A DNA stretch of 64,000 bases from a virus. The translations under genes were made by a program, and so were the position numbers. The notes beneath the pieces were generated by a model. It was not told the DNA's origin. It did no database searches and saw only the letters and a list, made by a program, of their open reading frames with translations. The DNA lies in IMG/VR virus record IMGVR_UViG_2802428989_000001, positions 1 through 64,000 of that record; one strand, 5' to 3'. Below, piece by piece: positions 46,426 to 55,717 of this stretch. The stretch's first letter is position 1; the number at the start of each line of letters is the position of its first letter.

Positions 46426-48557
46426 CCCAGCCCGATCAGCTCAACCCCGAACAGGCGGCTAATTACGACAGCCTGGCCGCGTGGGCGGAGATGACCGAGA
46501 TCGACTGGCGGAACAAGTACAACGCGCCCTATCAGACAGCGCTTGATCAGTTCACGGGCGGATTCTTCGGCGGGCTGCCGACAGGCATGCCGCACAGTCT
46601 GGCAATGCTGACGGCGTTGATTCGCAAGCTGATCGGCAATCCTTTTGCAATTTTCCGCTCAGCCGAGGAGGCGCTGGACGCGCTGTTTCAGATTCCGATC
46701 ATCGGTGATCTGCTGTCGATCGTCTTCCGTGGCACGATTCCGCGATCTTGGATTTCTGATGTCATCGAAGATCTGATCAGTGGCGCTGGTCAGTTCCTCA
46801 ACGCATTGAGCGTCAGCGGTAACCCGTTCCTCCAGTGGGACCCCGCCAAGCCGGGTTGGCAGTCTGGCGGGTCAGCCAAGATGACCGCTAACGGAACCCA
46901 ACAGTCTGCACGCTCAGAGATATTCAATGTTGTGCCCGGACAGATACTTGAGCTACCAGCGGGCACGATGTGGTCGAGCCTGACCGCCACTCCGGGTACG
47001 AATCCCATCAAGGTTGGCTTCGCGACCTGGGACGCGAATAAGAACCCACTGCCCGATGTGATCACCGGCCAACTGCAACCCCCCGCAGCTAACGGTATCT
47101 GGCAAGCCATGCCGTCGCAGCCCTGGAAAGTCGAGAGCGGAGTGGCCTTCGCTGCGCCGCTCCTGATGCTGGACTCCGGCGCAACTTCGGGTGATGTGTG
47201 GTTCTCGAATGTATTGCCACACATGTCAAACAAGATCAACCCGCTAGATCTGCAAAGTATTTTAGAGGGTGGCAACAACATCGCCGAAGACATCCAGAAC
47301 ACCTGGAATAGCTTCTGGAATGGAGTATTTGGTGGAAGCGCCACCGGCAAGACGCCGGATGATGTAAAGGCTGCTGCTGGACATGTCACATCGGTAGCGA
47401 GTGACGCTAGCGCCGCGGCGCAGTTCGCGGCTTCGATGGTTATCCGACCTCGGCGCAGTCCACGCTGGATCTCCACTGGAACTCACGATGATGTTTCGTT
47501 CCCAATCATTTCGGCGCAGTCGATGTTCACCCCCGCGCTGAATGACATCACCTACATTCCCATCACACCGGACACAGATCGAGTCTATAAGGCGCTGAAG
47601 TTCGGGCTCGTCGGCTCATCGATGACCAACTGCTATGTCGGCGTGTACAAGATCGAGACAGACGGAACGCTCACCCTGGCAGTGAATCTCGGTGACAAGA
47701 AGCCAAGTCTGACGGCATCGAAGGTTCAGACATTCGCCATCCCCGGCGGCGTCGGAGTGGGTCGCGGAGAGACCGTATTCATCGCGGTACGACAGGTGGG
47801 TGGCACGGCTGGCCAGATGTTCACCACTCCTTCATTACTTCAGGTGACGGAGGTTGTGCAGCCATTGCCTACGTACCCGACAGAGAAGAACAACACTGGT
47901 AGTGGGCTTCCTGGGTCTATCTCGGGTGCGATAGTTCGCTCCGAGTCCGCGCCAGCCTGGGGTGCACTCGGTGAGACACTTCTGGATTCGCCGTGGACAG
48001 ACTTCTCAACGCCAGGCACACATTCCTTCCTGATCCCTACGGATGCTCGCTACATCTACATCATTGGCTCTAGCGCTGGTGGGGGCGGCGGCGGTGGCGA
48101 CGGCGGTTGGAACAAGCCGGGTGAAGGTGGTCGCCGCGGGCAATGGGCGGCAGTGAGTCTAGAGCGGGGTGTTGGCATCCCTTGGGATGTCACGGAGTTG
48201 GAGATCTATCTTCCGTCTGGCGGCGCAGGCGCTCCCGGCAGAGAGCAGAACGGCAGCGCAGGAGGTGCGTTGAATGTCCACTTCGCAGGTAGTCCGTTCA
48301 CGGTCCTACTGAACATCCCCGGTGGTGTGGGTGGCCGGCTGGCATACGGCGGGTTTTTCAATCGCGACCCGGTAGGCGAGGCCCAAGTGAACTACCCGTT
48401 CTTTGGTCGGCTCTTCGTGGGTGGCCTCGCGGCGGCAACGGATACGAACGGCAACCCACCCGGTGGCGGCGGGGGTGGCGGTGAGGGTGGCGTGGGCGGA
48501 TCGGCCAATGGCGGTCGTCCGGGTGGTTCCGGCTTCTGCGCGATAAGGACTGCCTGA
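46422..48557 (+). CDS. Minor tail protein with Gly-rich (collagen-like) C-terminal segments.
   Basis: 'GGGGGGDGGWNKPGEGG' and 'GGGGGGEGGVGGSANGGRPGG'. Confidence 0.7.
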   Translation: MTQPDQLNPEQAANYDSLAAWAEMTEIDWRNKYNAPYQTALDQFTGGFFGGLPTGMPHSLAMLTALIRKLIGNPFAIFRSAEEALDALFQIPIIGDLLSIVFRGTIPRSWISDVIEDLISGAGQFLNALSVSGNPFLQWDPAKPGWQSGGSAKMTANGTQQSARSEIFNVVPGQILELPAGTMWSSLTATPGTNPIKVGFATWDANKNPLPDVITGQLQPPAANGIWQAMPSQPWKVESGVAFAAPLLMLDSGATSGDVWFSNVLPHMSNKINPLDLQSILEGGNNIAEDIQNTWNSFWNGVFGGSATGKTPDDVKAAAGHVTSVASDASAAAQFAASMVIRPRRSPRWISTGTHDDVSFPIISAQSMFTPALNDITYIPITPDTDRVYKALKFGLVGSSMTNCYVGVYKIETDGTLTLAVNLGDKKPSLTASKVQTFAIPGGVGVGRGETVFIAVRQVGGTAGQMFTTPSLLQVTEVVQPLPTYPTEKNNTGSGLPGSISGAIVRSESAPAWGALGETLLDSPWTDFSTPGTHSFLIPTDARYIYIIGSSAGGGGGGGDGGWNKPGEGGRRGQWAAVSLERGVGIPWDVTELEIYLPSGGAGAPGREQNGSAGGALNVHFAGSPFTVLLNIPGGVGGRLAYGGFFNRDPVGEAQVNYPFFGRLFVGGLAAATDTNGNPPGGGGGGGEGGVGGSANGGRPGGSGFCAIRTA

Positions 48558-50305
48558 TGCCCCAGGGCTTCCCGGTCAAGAGTGCCGGTGGCCAATGGTA
48601 CGGACGATTCAGCGCGTCAGTCCCGTCCATCCCGTCAGCAGAGGTGTTCGGCACCCCGGAGCTGGTGAAGCTTGTCTACAACCTGCGACCTAACAGCATC
48701 CCGTCCGCAGAAGCCTTCGGCTCGATGCTGGTCACATTCCCGCAGTTTACGTACCCCACAGGCATCCCGTCAGGGGAGGCGTTCGGTACAGCGCTTATCC
48801 GCAGTTCTTTCAACCCCGTATCCATTCCTTCGGAAGAGGCGTTCGGCGGGCCGACAATCTCAGTCGGCCCGGTCACCTTCACCCCTACAGGTATCCCATC
48901 GGCCGAGGCGTTCGGCTCCGCGAAGTTCTCCCATGTCGTCATCGTGACGGCGGGCATCGTTTCAGCCGAAGTGGTGCCAGCCCCACGGGTGGGACGCAAC
49001 ATTGGCGCGACCGGCATCGCCAGCGGCGAAGCATTCGGAACAGCGACAGTCAACCGCGGCTCCGTCAGTATCGCCGCGTCGGCCATCCCGTCGGTCGAGT
49101 CATTCGGCGCCGCCACCTTCACGCAGCCAGCGACCGTCAACTACAGCACTCAAGGCGTCGGCAGCGAGACAACCTCATCACCCACCCAGGTCACCATCAG
49201 TCCAAACGCCGGCGAGGACGTACTGGTGTTCTTCTCGATCGGCGATGGCGGCGTTATGGGTGCTACCTACGGCGCAAGCAATCTGCCGATGACATGTGTT
49301 GGTCAAGCACTGTCATCGGGTAGCACCCTGATCGTGTGTTACCTGATCCGTAATGTGGCCGCGGGTAGCGCAACCATCAATCTGGCGAAGACCGGCAACA
49401 ACTGGGGTCAGGCGGTTGCCGTGTCGTACGCCGGGGCGCAGGGCTTCCGGACGGCTAAACACGTTGTAGGAAACGGATCTTCATTCTCCCAGGCTGCAAC
49501 CGTGCCGCTGAATGGTCGCACGGTACATGCTTTCACCCCCGGCGAGAACAGCACCACCCTGTCAAGTCTGACGGGTGGCACAAGCCGCTATCTGGACAAC
49601 GCAGGGTTCCTAACGCAGTCCATCAGAGACGCGGACGCGGATACCTCATTCACAGGCACACTAAGCGCTAGCCGCCCCTGGGCCGCTTTGGCAGTGGCGC
49701 TGCGCGCCACTGCGATTGGCGGCGTCACTCCGGGAGTTAGCGCGGGAACTGCCAGTGAAGGCAATGGCGACACTCGTACGTTTGATGTCTACACGGCAAC
49801 AGGTGATTACGTGTATGCCGTAGTCGCACAGGACCGAACCGGCAATCCCTCATCGGTCACATGCGCGGGTACCGCGATGACCTTGATGGACACCCAGACC
49901 TTCACTACTGGCGTAGGCACTGGGTTCCTGAAGGTCTATCGCAGTGCCTCGGCTATGGATTCGGCTGGTGCCAAGACGGTTTCCATTACCGCAACGGGCA
50001 GTGGCTGGTGGCGTGGTTGCGGTATCGCCGTGTCGGGTGTGACCTCGCCGTCAGGGGTGGTCACCAAAACCTCGGGTTCATCGTCACAACCATCACAGGC
50101 CGTCACGTGTTCAGCCGGTGAGTTGATCCTTCAGTTCTTCGCGACCGCTACGGAGCCGACCGGAACGGAGGGGGCAGCGACCCTGTGGCTCTCACCGGGT
50201 GGTTCGTTCATGTTCCCCGTGATCAGCATTTCCGACGAGTCAACGACTTTCAAGCTCTCGAACACCTCTGTCAACTGGGGTGCGATCGCTGTGGTTCTCA
50301 GCTAG
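48557..50305 (+). CDS. Minor tail protein with 8 N-terminal tandem ~20-aa repeats with core (I/V)PS(A/G)E(A/V)FG.
   Basis: The repeats are listed in the findings. 582 aa. Confidence 0.6.
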   Translation: MPQGFPVKSAGGQWYGRFSASVPSIPSAEVFGTPELVKLVYNLRPNSIPSAEAFGSMLVTFPQFTYPTGIPSGEAFGTALIRSSFNPVSIPSEEAFGGPTISVGPVTFTPTGIPSAEAFGSAKFSHVVIVTAGIVSAEVVPAPRVGRNIGATGIASGEAFGTATVNRGSVSIAASAIPSVESFGAATFTQPATVNYSTQGVGSETTSSPTQVTISPNAGEDVLVFFSIGDGGVMGATYGASNLPMTCVGQALSSGSTLIVCYLIRNVAAGSATINLAKTGNNWGQAVAVSYAGAQGFRTAKHVVGNGSSFSQAATVPLNGRTVHAFTPGENSTTLSSLTGGTSRYLDNAGFLTQSIRDADADTSFTGTLSASRPWAALAVALRATAIGGVTPGVSAGTASEGNGDTRTFDVYTATGDYVYAVVAQDRTGNPSSVTCAGTAMTLMDTQTFTTGVGTGFLKVYRSASAMDSAGAKTVSITATGSGWWRGCGIAVSGVTSPSGVVTKTSGSSSQPSQAVTCSAGELILQFFATATEPTGTEGAATLWLSPGGSFMFPVISISDESTTFKLSNTSVNWGAIAVVLS

Positions 50306-50330
50306 CCGCAAGCCACTCACGAAAAAACAG

Positions 50331-50351
50331 GGGTCGATATGCCATCGACCC
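50331..50351. other. Hairpin GGGTCGAT-atgcc-ATCGACCC preceded by an A-tract.
   Basis: 8-bp perfect stem. The A6 tract upstream means it reads as a terminator on the - strand. Function on the + strand is uncertain. Confidence 0.4.
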
Positions 50352-50387
50352 CCATCTAGCCCTGCGCAAAAGAAAGTGGGTCCAAAA

Positions 50388-50795
50388 ATGGCAAATGCTC
50401 TGTACGACAAGGGACGTGAAGCATTCGCGACAGGTGGCATCAACTGGACTGGCGACACCATCAAGGTCGTGCTGGTTGATACCGGCGCATACACAGTGAA
50501 TCTCGCTACACACCAATTCCTTTCGGACATCCCGGCTGGCGCACGAATCGCTACCTCATCGGCATTGGGCTCCAAGACGGCGACTGCGGGCGTCTGCGAT
50601 GCGGCTGATGTCACGCACCCTGCCGTCGCTGGCGCAAGCATCGAGGCGGCAGTGATCATCAAAGACACCGGCAGCGCTGCCACCTCACCGCTGATCGCCT
50701 ACATCGACACCGCGACCGGACTCCCGGTGACTCCCAACGGTGGTGACATCAACGTCGTTTGGGACAACGGCGCGAACAAGATATTCAAGCTGTGA
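50388..50795 (+). CDS. Hypothetical structural-region protein.
   Basis: RBS 'AAGAAAGTGGG'. ATG at 50388. Confidence 0.5.
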   Translation: MANALYDKGREAFATGGINWTGDTIKVVLVDTGAYTVNLATHQFLSDIPAGARIATSSALGSKTATAGVCDAADVTHPAVAGASIEAAVIIKDTGSAATSPLIAYIDTATGLPVTPNGGDINVVWDNGANKIFKL

Positions 50796-51058
50796 ACCCG
50801 CGTTCGATCGTCAAATGGCTTGTGCCGGTGGTACTTGAGGCTGGTCAGGAATATCTCGACAAAAACCCCCAACTGTTAGATCAGTTCGGCGAGATCGTCA
50901 CCGCCAAGCTCATAGAGGCACTACCGAAGGTCATCGACAATCTGACCAACATCACCCCCTGGAAGATCGACGATGCAGTGCTAGACAGCCTCGCCAAACG
51001 CATCGTGAACCTACTGCCGTCATTCCTGCCTGATTTTCTGAAATTCAGGCGGCCGTAA
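50792..51058 (+). CDS. Hypothetical protein.
   Basis: GTG overlaps the upstream stop. Confidence 0.4.
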   Translation: MNPRSIVKWLVPVVLEAGQEYLDKNPQLLDQFGEIVTAKLIEALPKVIDNLTNITPWKIDDAVLDSLAKRIVNLLPSFLPDFLKFRRP

Positions 51059-51208
51059 ATGAATCGGCTCGCATGGACAGCGCTGTTCGGCGCCGGCCTG
51101 GCGAGTATAGCCGCGCTGACGGCAGGACTGACATTCATCGTACTCACCCGACTCTATTCACCGGGGGAGAAGGACCCGCGCCTTGTGGAAGGGAAAAACG
51201 GATGGTGA
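51059..51208 (+). CDS. Small membrane protein (49 aa), not in the ORF track.
   Basis: ATG directly after the upstream TAA. 'LFGAGLASIAALTAGLTFIVL' TM helix. Confidence 0.35.
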   Translation: MNRLAWTALFGAGLASIAALTAGLTFIVLTRLYSPGEKDPRLVEGKNGW

Positions 51209-51212
51209 TCCG

Positions 51213-52673
51213 ATGATGCGCTTCACGCGATCCAAGCCGATAATGACACGCGAAGAGATTGCACGAGAAGTTATTTCAGTCGCAGCAATGCTTGGTGTCG
51301 AGCCTAAGGGTGTGAAGATCGCGCTCGCGACGATCGCCGTGGAGGTCGGCACAACCAATCCCGTCTCCGGTGAGTACGGCTGGTGGTGCTTCGCTAATGT
51401 GAAAGACCCGCAATGCCTGGCGCTCCCACACGACGCCGAGGGAGACGACGGCTACTCGTCGGGGTACTTTCAGCAGCAGGCGCCCAAGGGTGCTAACTGG
51501 GGCTGGGGTGGACTGTTCGGCGATCCTGTTGGCGCATTCCGCCGTATGGACATTCGCGAGTCCTCGCGCATGTTCCTAGAGGCGCTGTTGCGTCAACCGT
51601 ACGACTATCGCGGTAGCTCGCGCTCGCCGGGCCAGATGGCTCAGGACGTGCAGCGGTCGGCGTTCCCGGACCGCTACGACGAGCGCTGGCGCGAAGCCAA
51701 CGAAGTGTATGCCCGCGCAGTTAGCGGCAATCCCGGCGAGCCGGAACGCCCCTCAGGACCATGGACGGGCGACCCCATATGGCTCGCTGACGTGTTGCGC
51801 GCCGAAGGTGTGACCGTTGTCGAGTGCTCCGTTGGTGATGTGAGCTGGCTTGAGCGCGGCCACGGTGACATGGGCTCGCTCTGGGGTGTCGTCAACCATC
51901 ACACCGGGAGCAACGGCTCAACGTGGCGTTCCATCTGGGATGGACGTCCAGACCTACCAGGGCCACTGTCGCACATCCATCTGCGCCGCGACGGCGTTGC
52001 AGAGCTTGTCGCTGTTGGTGTGTGCTGGCACGCCGGAACGGGCGCGTACGGCGATCTGAGGCCCGGCACTGGTAATCAGCGAACCATAGGCATCGAATGT
52101 CAGAACGATGGCGGCGGTTCATCCGATCTGCCTCTACGACATCGCAGCTCGTGGCCAGATGCCCAATACGAGGCGCTGGTGAAGATCAACGCCGCGATCA
52201 ACCGTCGCCTCGGAGTTGATGCCAGCCGAAGCATCTCGCACAAGGAATACGACGACGGCGACCCACAGACCGACGAGGGCAAGTGGGACCCCGGCCAGAT
52301 CGACATGGACATCTTCCGTGCCGATGTTCAGCACCAAATCGGCTCCAACACAGGAGGTTTCCTCATGGCACTATCGGACGACGAACAGCGCGAGATCTTG
52401 GGATACGTTCGGGAGCAGAGAGAGATCGTGGAATCACTCTCTCCGCTGCGCCATCTCGGCGAGAAGAAGGCGAACAACATCGCCGGATACATCCGGGTGA
52501 TGGACGCGAACAGCCACGTCGAGGCGATTGAGAAGCGAGCCGGATACGGCGACGCCAAAGCGATTGAGCTGCTGGAGGAGATCGCCGGGGCAGACCCCGA
52601 CGAGTACCCGGATCGTCAGCGAGACGCCGAGCTAGCCCGGCGCATCCTGGCCAAGGTCAGGGACGAGAAGTGA
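51213..52673 (+). CDS. lysA: Lysin A (endolysin, modular: peptidase, amidase-2, C-terminal wall-binding domain).
   Basis: Amidase_2/PGRP-like 'VVNHHTGSNG...WHAGTG...GIECQNDG'. Immediately upstream of lysin B. Confidence 0.85.
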   Translation: MMRFTRSKPIMTREEIAREVISVAAMLGVEPKGVKIALATIAVEVGTTNPVSGEYGWWCFANVKDPQCLALPHDAEGDDGYSSGYFQQQAPKGANWGWGGLFGDPVGAFRRMDIRESSRMFLEALLRQPYDYRGSSRSPGQMAQDVQRSAFPDRYDERWREANEVYARAVSGNPGEPERPSGPWTGDPIWLADVLRAEGVTVVECSVGDVSWLERGHGDMGSLWGVVNHHTGSNGSTWRSIWDGRPDLPGPLSHIHLRRDGVAELVAVGVCWHAGTGAYGDLRPGTGNQRTIGIECQNDGGGSSDLPLRHRSSWPDAQYEALVKINAAINRRLGVDASRSISHKEYDDGDPQTDEGKWDPGQIDMDIFRADVQHQIGSNTGGFLMALSDDEQREILGYVREQREIVESLSPLRHLGEKKANNIAGYIRVMDANSHVEAIEKRAGYGDAKAIELLEEIAGADPDEYPDRQRDAELARRILAKVRDEK

Positions 52674-53746
52674 TCGTCAACGGTCAGTTTGTCGGCTACG
52701 GCCGAGGTGACAACGGTCCCGAGGTTGAGCGAGTCCGGTACTACCTCACCGAGAAGTTTCGATGGGCGCGCGACATGGGTATGACTCACGGCGACTACTT
52801 CGATGAACTCACTGAGCGCGTATTGATCCAGTTCCAGAAGAACGTCGGGCTACCGGCAGTTGGCATCGCGAACTACGCAACCAGGATGCGGCTGTACGGA
52901 CTCAAACCGCTTCCATGGCAGCGCATTACCATATACACATTCGCCGGTACCTGGTCCGCTGCGGACTGGGGTTTCCAGGCCGACGTGGCGCGAGGCCTTG
53001 ACCCCGGATTCTTCACCTGGGCACCAATCGACTACCCAGCCAGCTTCGGCCCCATTCCTGGTGGTCCAGTCACCGGCATTACGTCGCTGTCGTATCAGGA
53101 ATCGGTAGAGGTCGCTGTAAGAGCTGGCATCAAGCGGATCGCCGCGACGCCGGGGAAGTTCGTGCTCGGTGGCTACTCGCAGGGTGCCGAGGCGGCATCG
53201 CGTCTATTGCGAGAGATCATTCACGGCGGCTCCCTATCGCACCGCGCGAGCGACTTCATCGGCGGCTACACCTTTGGTAATCCATGTCGCGAGGAGAATC
53301 ACACATGGCCCGGTGACACACTCGTGGGCCGCGGTATCTCGCCGAATCGCATCGAGGGCACGCCGCTTACCTGGCACGATTACGCACACGCTGGCGATAT
53401 GTATACAGCCGTGCCGAAAGGTGATGCTGGCGACGACATTACAGCCGTCTATGACGTGCTGACGCGTCTCCAGATTCACGACCCGTTCCAGATGGCCACA
53501 GATATGGTCGCGGCATTGACTGGCAAGGGTGGTCTAGCTGAGCAGATCGCGGAGCTGTTGGGCAACCCGCTGAACCTGATCGACGCCGCGCGCGCCGCTG
53601 GTATCGCGATTCGGTTCGCGGCATCCGGTGCGCGCGATCACGGCACCTACGGGATTGATGACGTAATGGACGGCTCAGGGCGCAGCTCTGTCCGCCATGC
53701 CATCGATTCGATGAACGCATACGGCCGCAAAGTACTTGCGGCGTAG
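52670..53746 (+). CDS. lysB: Lysin B (mycolylarabinogalactan esterase, cutinase-like).
   Basis: 'GGYSQGAEAA' GxSxG serine hydrolase motif. Position after lysA. Confidence 0.85.
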   Translation: MIVNGQFVGYGRGDNGPEVERVRYYLTEKFRWARDMGMTHGDYFDELTERVLIQFQKNVGLPAVGIANYATRMRLYGLKPLPWQRITIYTFAGTWSAADWGFQADVARGLDPGFFTWAPIDYPASFGPIPGGPVTGITSLSYQESVEVAVRAGIKRIAATPGKFVLGGYSQGAEAASRLLREIIHGGSLSHRASDFIGGYTFGNPCREENHTWPGDTLVGRGISPNRIEGTPLTWHDYAHAGDMYTAVPKGDAGDDITAVYDVLTRLQIHDPFQMATDMVAALTGKGGLAEQIAELLGNPLNLIDAARAAGIAIRFAASGARDHGTYGIDDVMDGSGRSSVRHAIDSMNAYGRKVLAA

Positions 53747-53761
53747 CTAATTACGAGAGGA

Positions 53762-53980
53762 TTGATCGTGCCGAATCTGAGTGAAAAGCTGACATCGACA
53801 CAGCGAATTGCGTTGTACGGCGTTACCTTCGTGGTACTCACGGGGCTCGCCGCTGCCAATGTCATCGACAAGGAAGCGGTACCGCCGTTGCTGGACATGG
53901 CCGGAACGATGCTGGGGCTCGGAGTGGTCGGCGTGGCCGGTCGAGTGCTGCACGAGCAGCGGCGAGACGGGTTGTTCTGA
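53762..53980 (+). CDS. Holin (72 aa, two TM segments).
   Basis: Two hydrophobic helices with a charged C-terminus, directly after lysB. Confidence 0.65.
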   Translation: MIVPNLSEKLTSTQRIALYGVTFVVLTGLAAANVIDKEAVPPLLDMAGTMLGLGVVGVAGRVLHEQRRDGLF

Positions 53981-53981
53981 C

Positions 53982-54308
53982 GTGAACTGGAGCGGCATCG
54001 GAGCCGACAACCTGATGGACTTGGTCGCCTACGGGATCATCGGCATTGCCTACGTGCTGTCGCAACGACAGACGCGCAGTCAGTTGGAGGCCATTCGCGG
54101 TCAGGTCCAAAACGGCCATAAGACACCGATGCGCACCGACCTTGACGAGGTGAAAGACGACGTTCGCGGTATACGAAAGGATTTTGGCGACTTTCGCTCT
54201 GAGGTCCGTACCGGGTTCCGCAATCTGCGCGAAGACCTCAATGCCGAACGTGACGAACGTATTGCGTCGGACCAGGAACTAGCGAAAAGGCACCGCCATG
54301 ATCGGTAA
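53982..54308 (+). CDS. Membrane protein (one TM helix plus a coiled coil); possible lysis accessory protein.
   Basis: GTG start. 'LMDLVAYGIIGIAYVLS' TM helix. Confidence 0.45.
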   Translation: MNWSGIGADNLMDLVAYGIIGIAYVLSQRQTRSQLEAIRGQVQNGHKTPMRTDLDEVKDDVRGIRKDFGDFRSEVRTGFRNLREDLNAERDERIASDQELAKRHRHDR

Positions 54309-54618
54309 CGTCGCGATTGTCGATCGCATCAACCTCATTCAGGGCCAGGACCTCGCGCACCGATGGGATGTGCCAGCTGGTGATGGCCTCCCCGCCGGCA
54401 CCACCGTCACGCTGTATATGTATTCGCATAATTTCAGTGAGACGCTGGGTATCTGGCCATCTATCGACGTTGATACATCCGGTGCGAGCTTCTTCATCGA
54501 AGCCGAGGATCTAGAGCCGATCCCAGCCGGGGCACGATTCCGCGTCTATCTCATCTATCCAGACTCACCCAAGCCTCGGCTGGTCTGGATTCTTGGCACC
54601 GTCTCAAGGCAGGGGTAG
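54298..54618 (+). CDS. Hypothetical protein.
   Basis: Coding bias. Operon position. Confidence 0.45.
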   Translation: MIGNVAIVDRINLIQGQDLAHRWDVPAGDGLPAGTTVTLYMYSHNFSETLGIWPSIDVDTSGASFFIEAEDLEPIPAGARFRVYLIYPDSPKPRLVWILGTVSRQG

Positions 54619-54621
54619 CGG

Positions 54622-54942
54622 ATGATTGACGAAGCTGTTCTGAATGCTATGTGCACCACAATGGTTGGCTACTTCGATGAGGTCTCGCTACACAACGGCG
54701 AGCCCGGTGCCGGTGGTGCCAGTGAGATGCCCGGCATCGCGCGCCAAACGCCGACATGGGCGCCAGCCGACAATGGCGAGTCAACCTCTGTGGTTACGTT
54801 CGCGGCCTATTTCGGGGTATCGACACACATTGGCTTCTGGCATGCCGGTGCATTCGTAGGATCTCGGCCGTTCGTCGCGAACTTCGAGACCGCCGCTGAT
54901 CTGGTGGTGGCGCTCAATCCGTATGTGCAGGAACGAGCATGA
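54622..54942 (+). CDS. Hypothetical protein.
   Basis: RBS 'GGGGTAGCGG'. Coding bias. Confidence 0.45.
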   Translation: MIDEAVLNAMCTTMVGYFDEVSLHNGEPGAGGASEMPGIARQTPTWAPADNGESTSVVTFAAYFGVSTHIGFWHAGAFVGSRPFVANFETAADLVVALNPYVQERA

Positions 54943-55634
54943 CCCTGGTACGTCCACCTAAGCCGTTCACGCGGATGGTTCACGCGCGGCCCGGTGTGCT
55001 GTCTCAGCCCATCGGAGCTGTCGGTAAGGGTGCGCGTATCGGCGTCGTTGCCGATGTTCTGGTGACGGGCAAGATGCACGTCACCGATACCTTCACGAAC
55101 CTGGACAAGTTCACGATGGTGTACGGCGGCCTGCCGTTCTTCGGTGGGGTCCCCTATATCGACGGCGGGAAGCTGGCAGGCCGTGGCCTGGTGCGTCACA
55201 AGGTGCAGGCGATGAGCGACAACGGCCGCGCCAATGCCGTCATCGGCTCGCTGGCGACCGGTAAGACCCGGCTGGTGATCTGCGGTGACGCGCTGTTCAA
55301 CACCTACTACGGCATCGAGGTTGAGACCGGCATCATCAACAACAAGCTGCACATCATCAAGGGCCGCGGCAACGCGGCCACAGTGACCAAGCACGCGACA
55401 GTCAACGTGGCATGGGCCAACAGCGATTCGGTGTCGGTGTGGTACGACGAGCCCAACCACACCATTCGCGCCTACCGGAACAACACGCAGGTGACGAGTC
55501 TGGCGGTGCGAGCCAATGAGATCAACCACGGACCGGGGTTTAGACACCATGGCGTCGCGGTCGGGGTGGATCTGTTCCTGGGTGTGATCAACGTCGGCGC
55601 GCTGTTCACGTCATACGAATATCTCGACGTTTAG
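54939..55634 (+). CDS. Hypothetical protein.
   Basis: Overlapping start. 231 aa. Confidence 0.5.
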   Translation: MTLVRPPKPFTRMVHARPGVLSQPIGAVGKGARIGVVADVLVTGKMHVTDTFTNLDKFTMVYGGLPFFGGVPYIDGGKLAGRGLVRHKVQAMSDNGRANAVIGSLATGKTRLVICGDALFNTYYGIEVETGIINNKLHIIKGRGNAATVTKHATVNVAWANSDSVSVWYDEPNHTIRAYRNNTQVTSLAVRANEINHGPGFRHHGVAVGVDLFLGVINVGALFTSYEYLDV

Positions 55635-55717
55635 CGCCGCCAAAACTGTAGGACATGTACTGTCAACTACCGGGCTACATTCATCTCCGAGACCCATCAT
55701 CCGAGCCTGGAGTAGAG

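Noticed and set aside
54807-55550. 247-aa - strand ORF.
   Set aside because: It is antisense to three + strand genes of the post-lysis operon. No RBS or motif.
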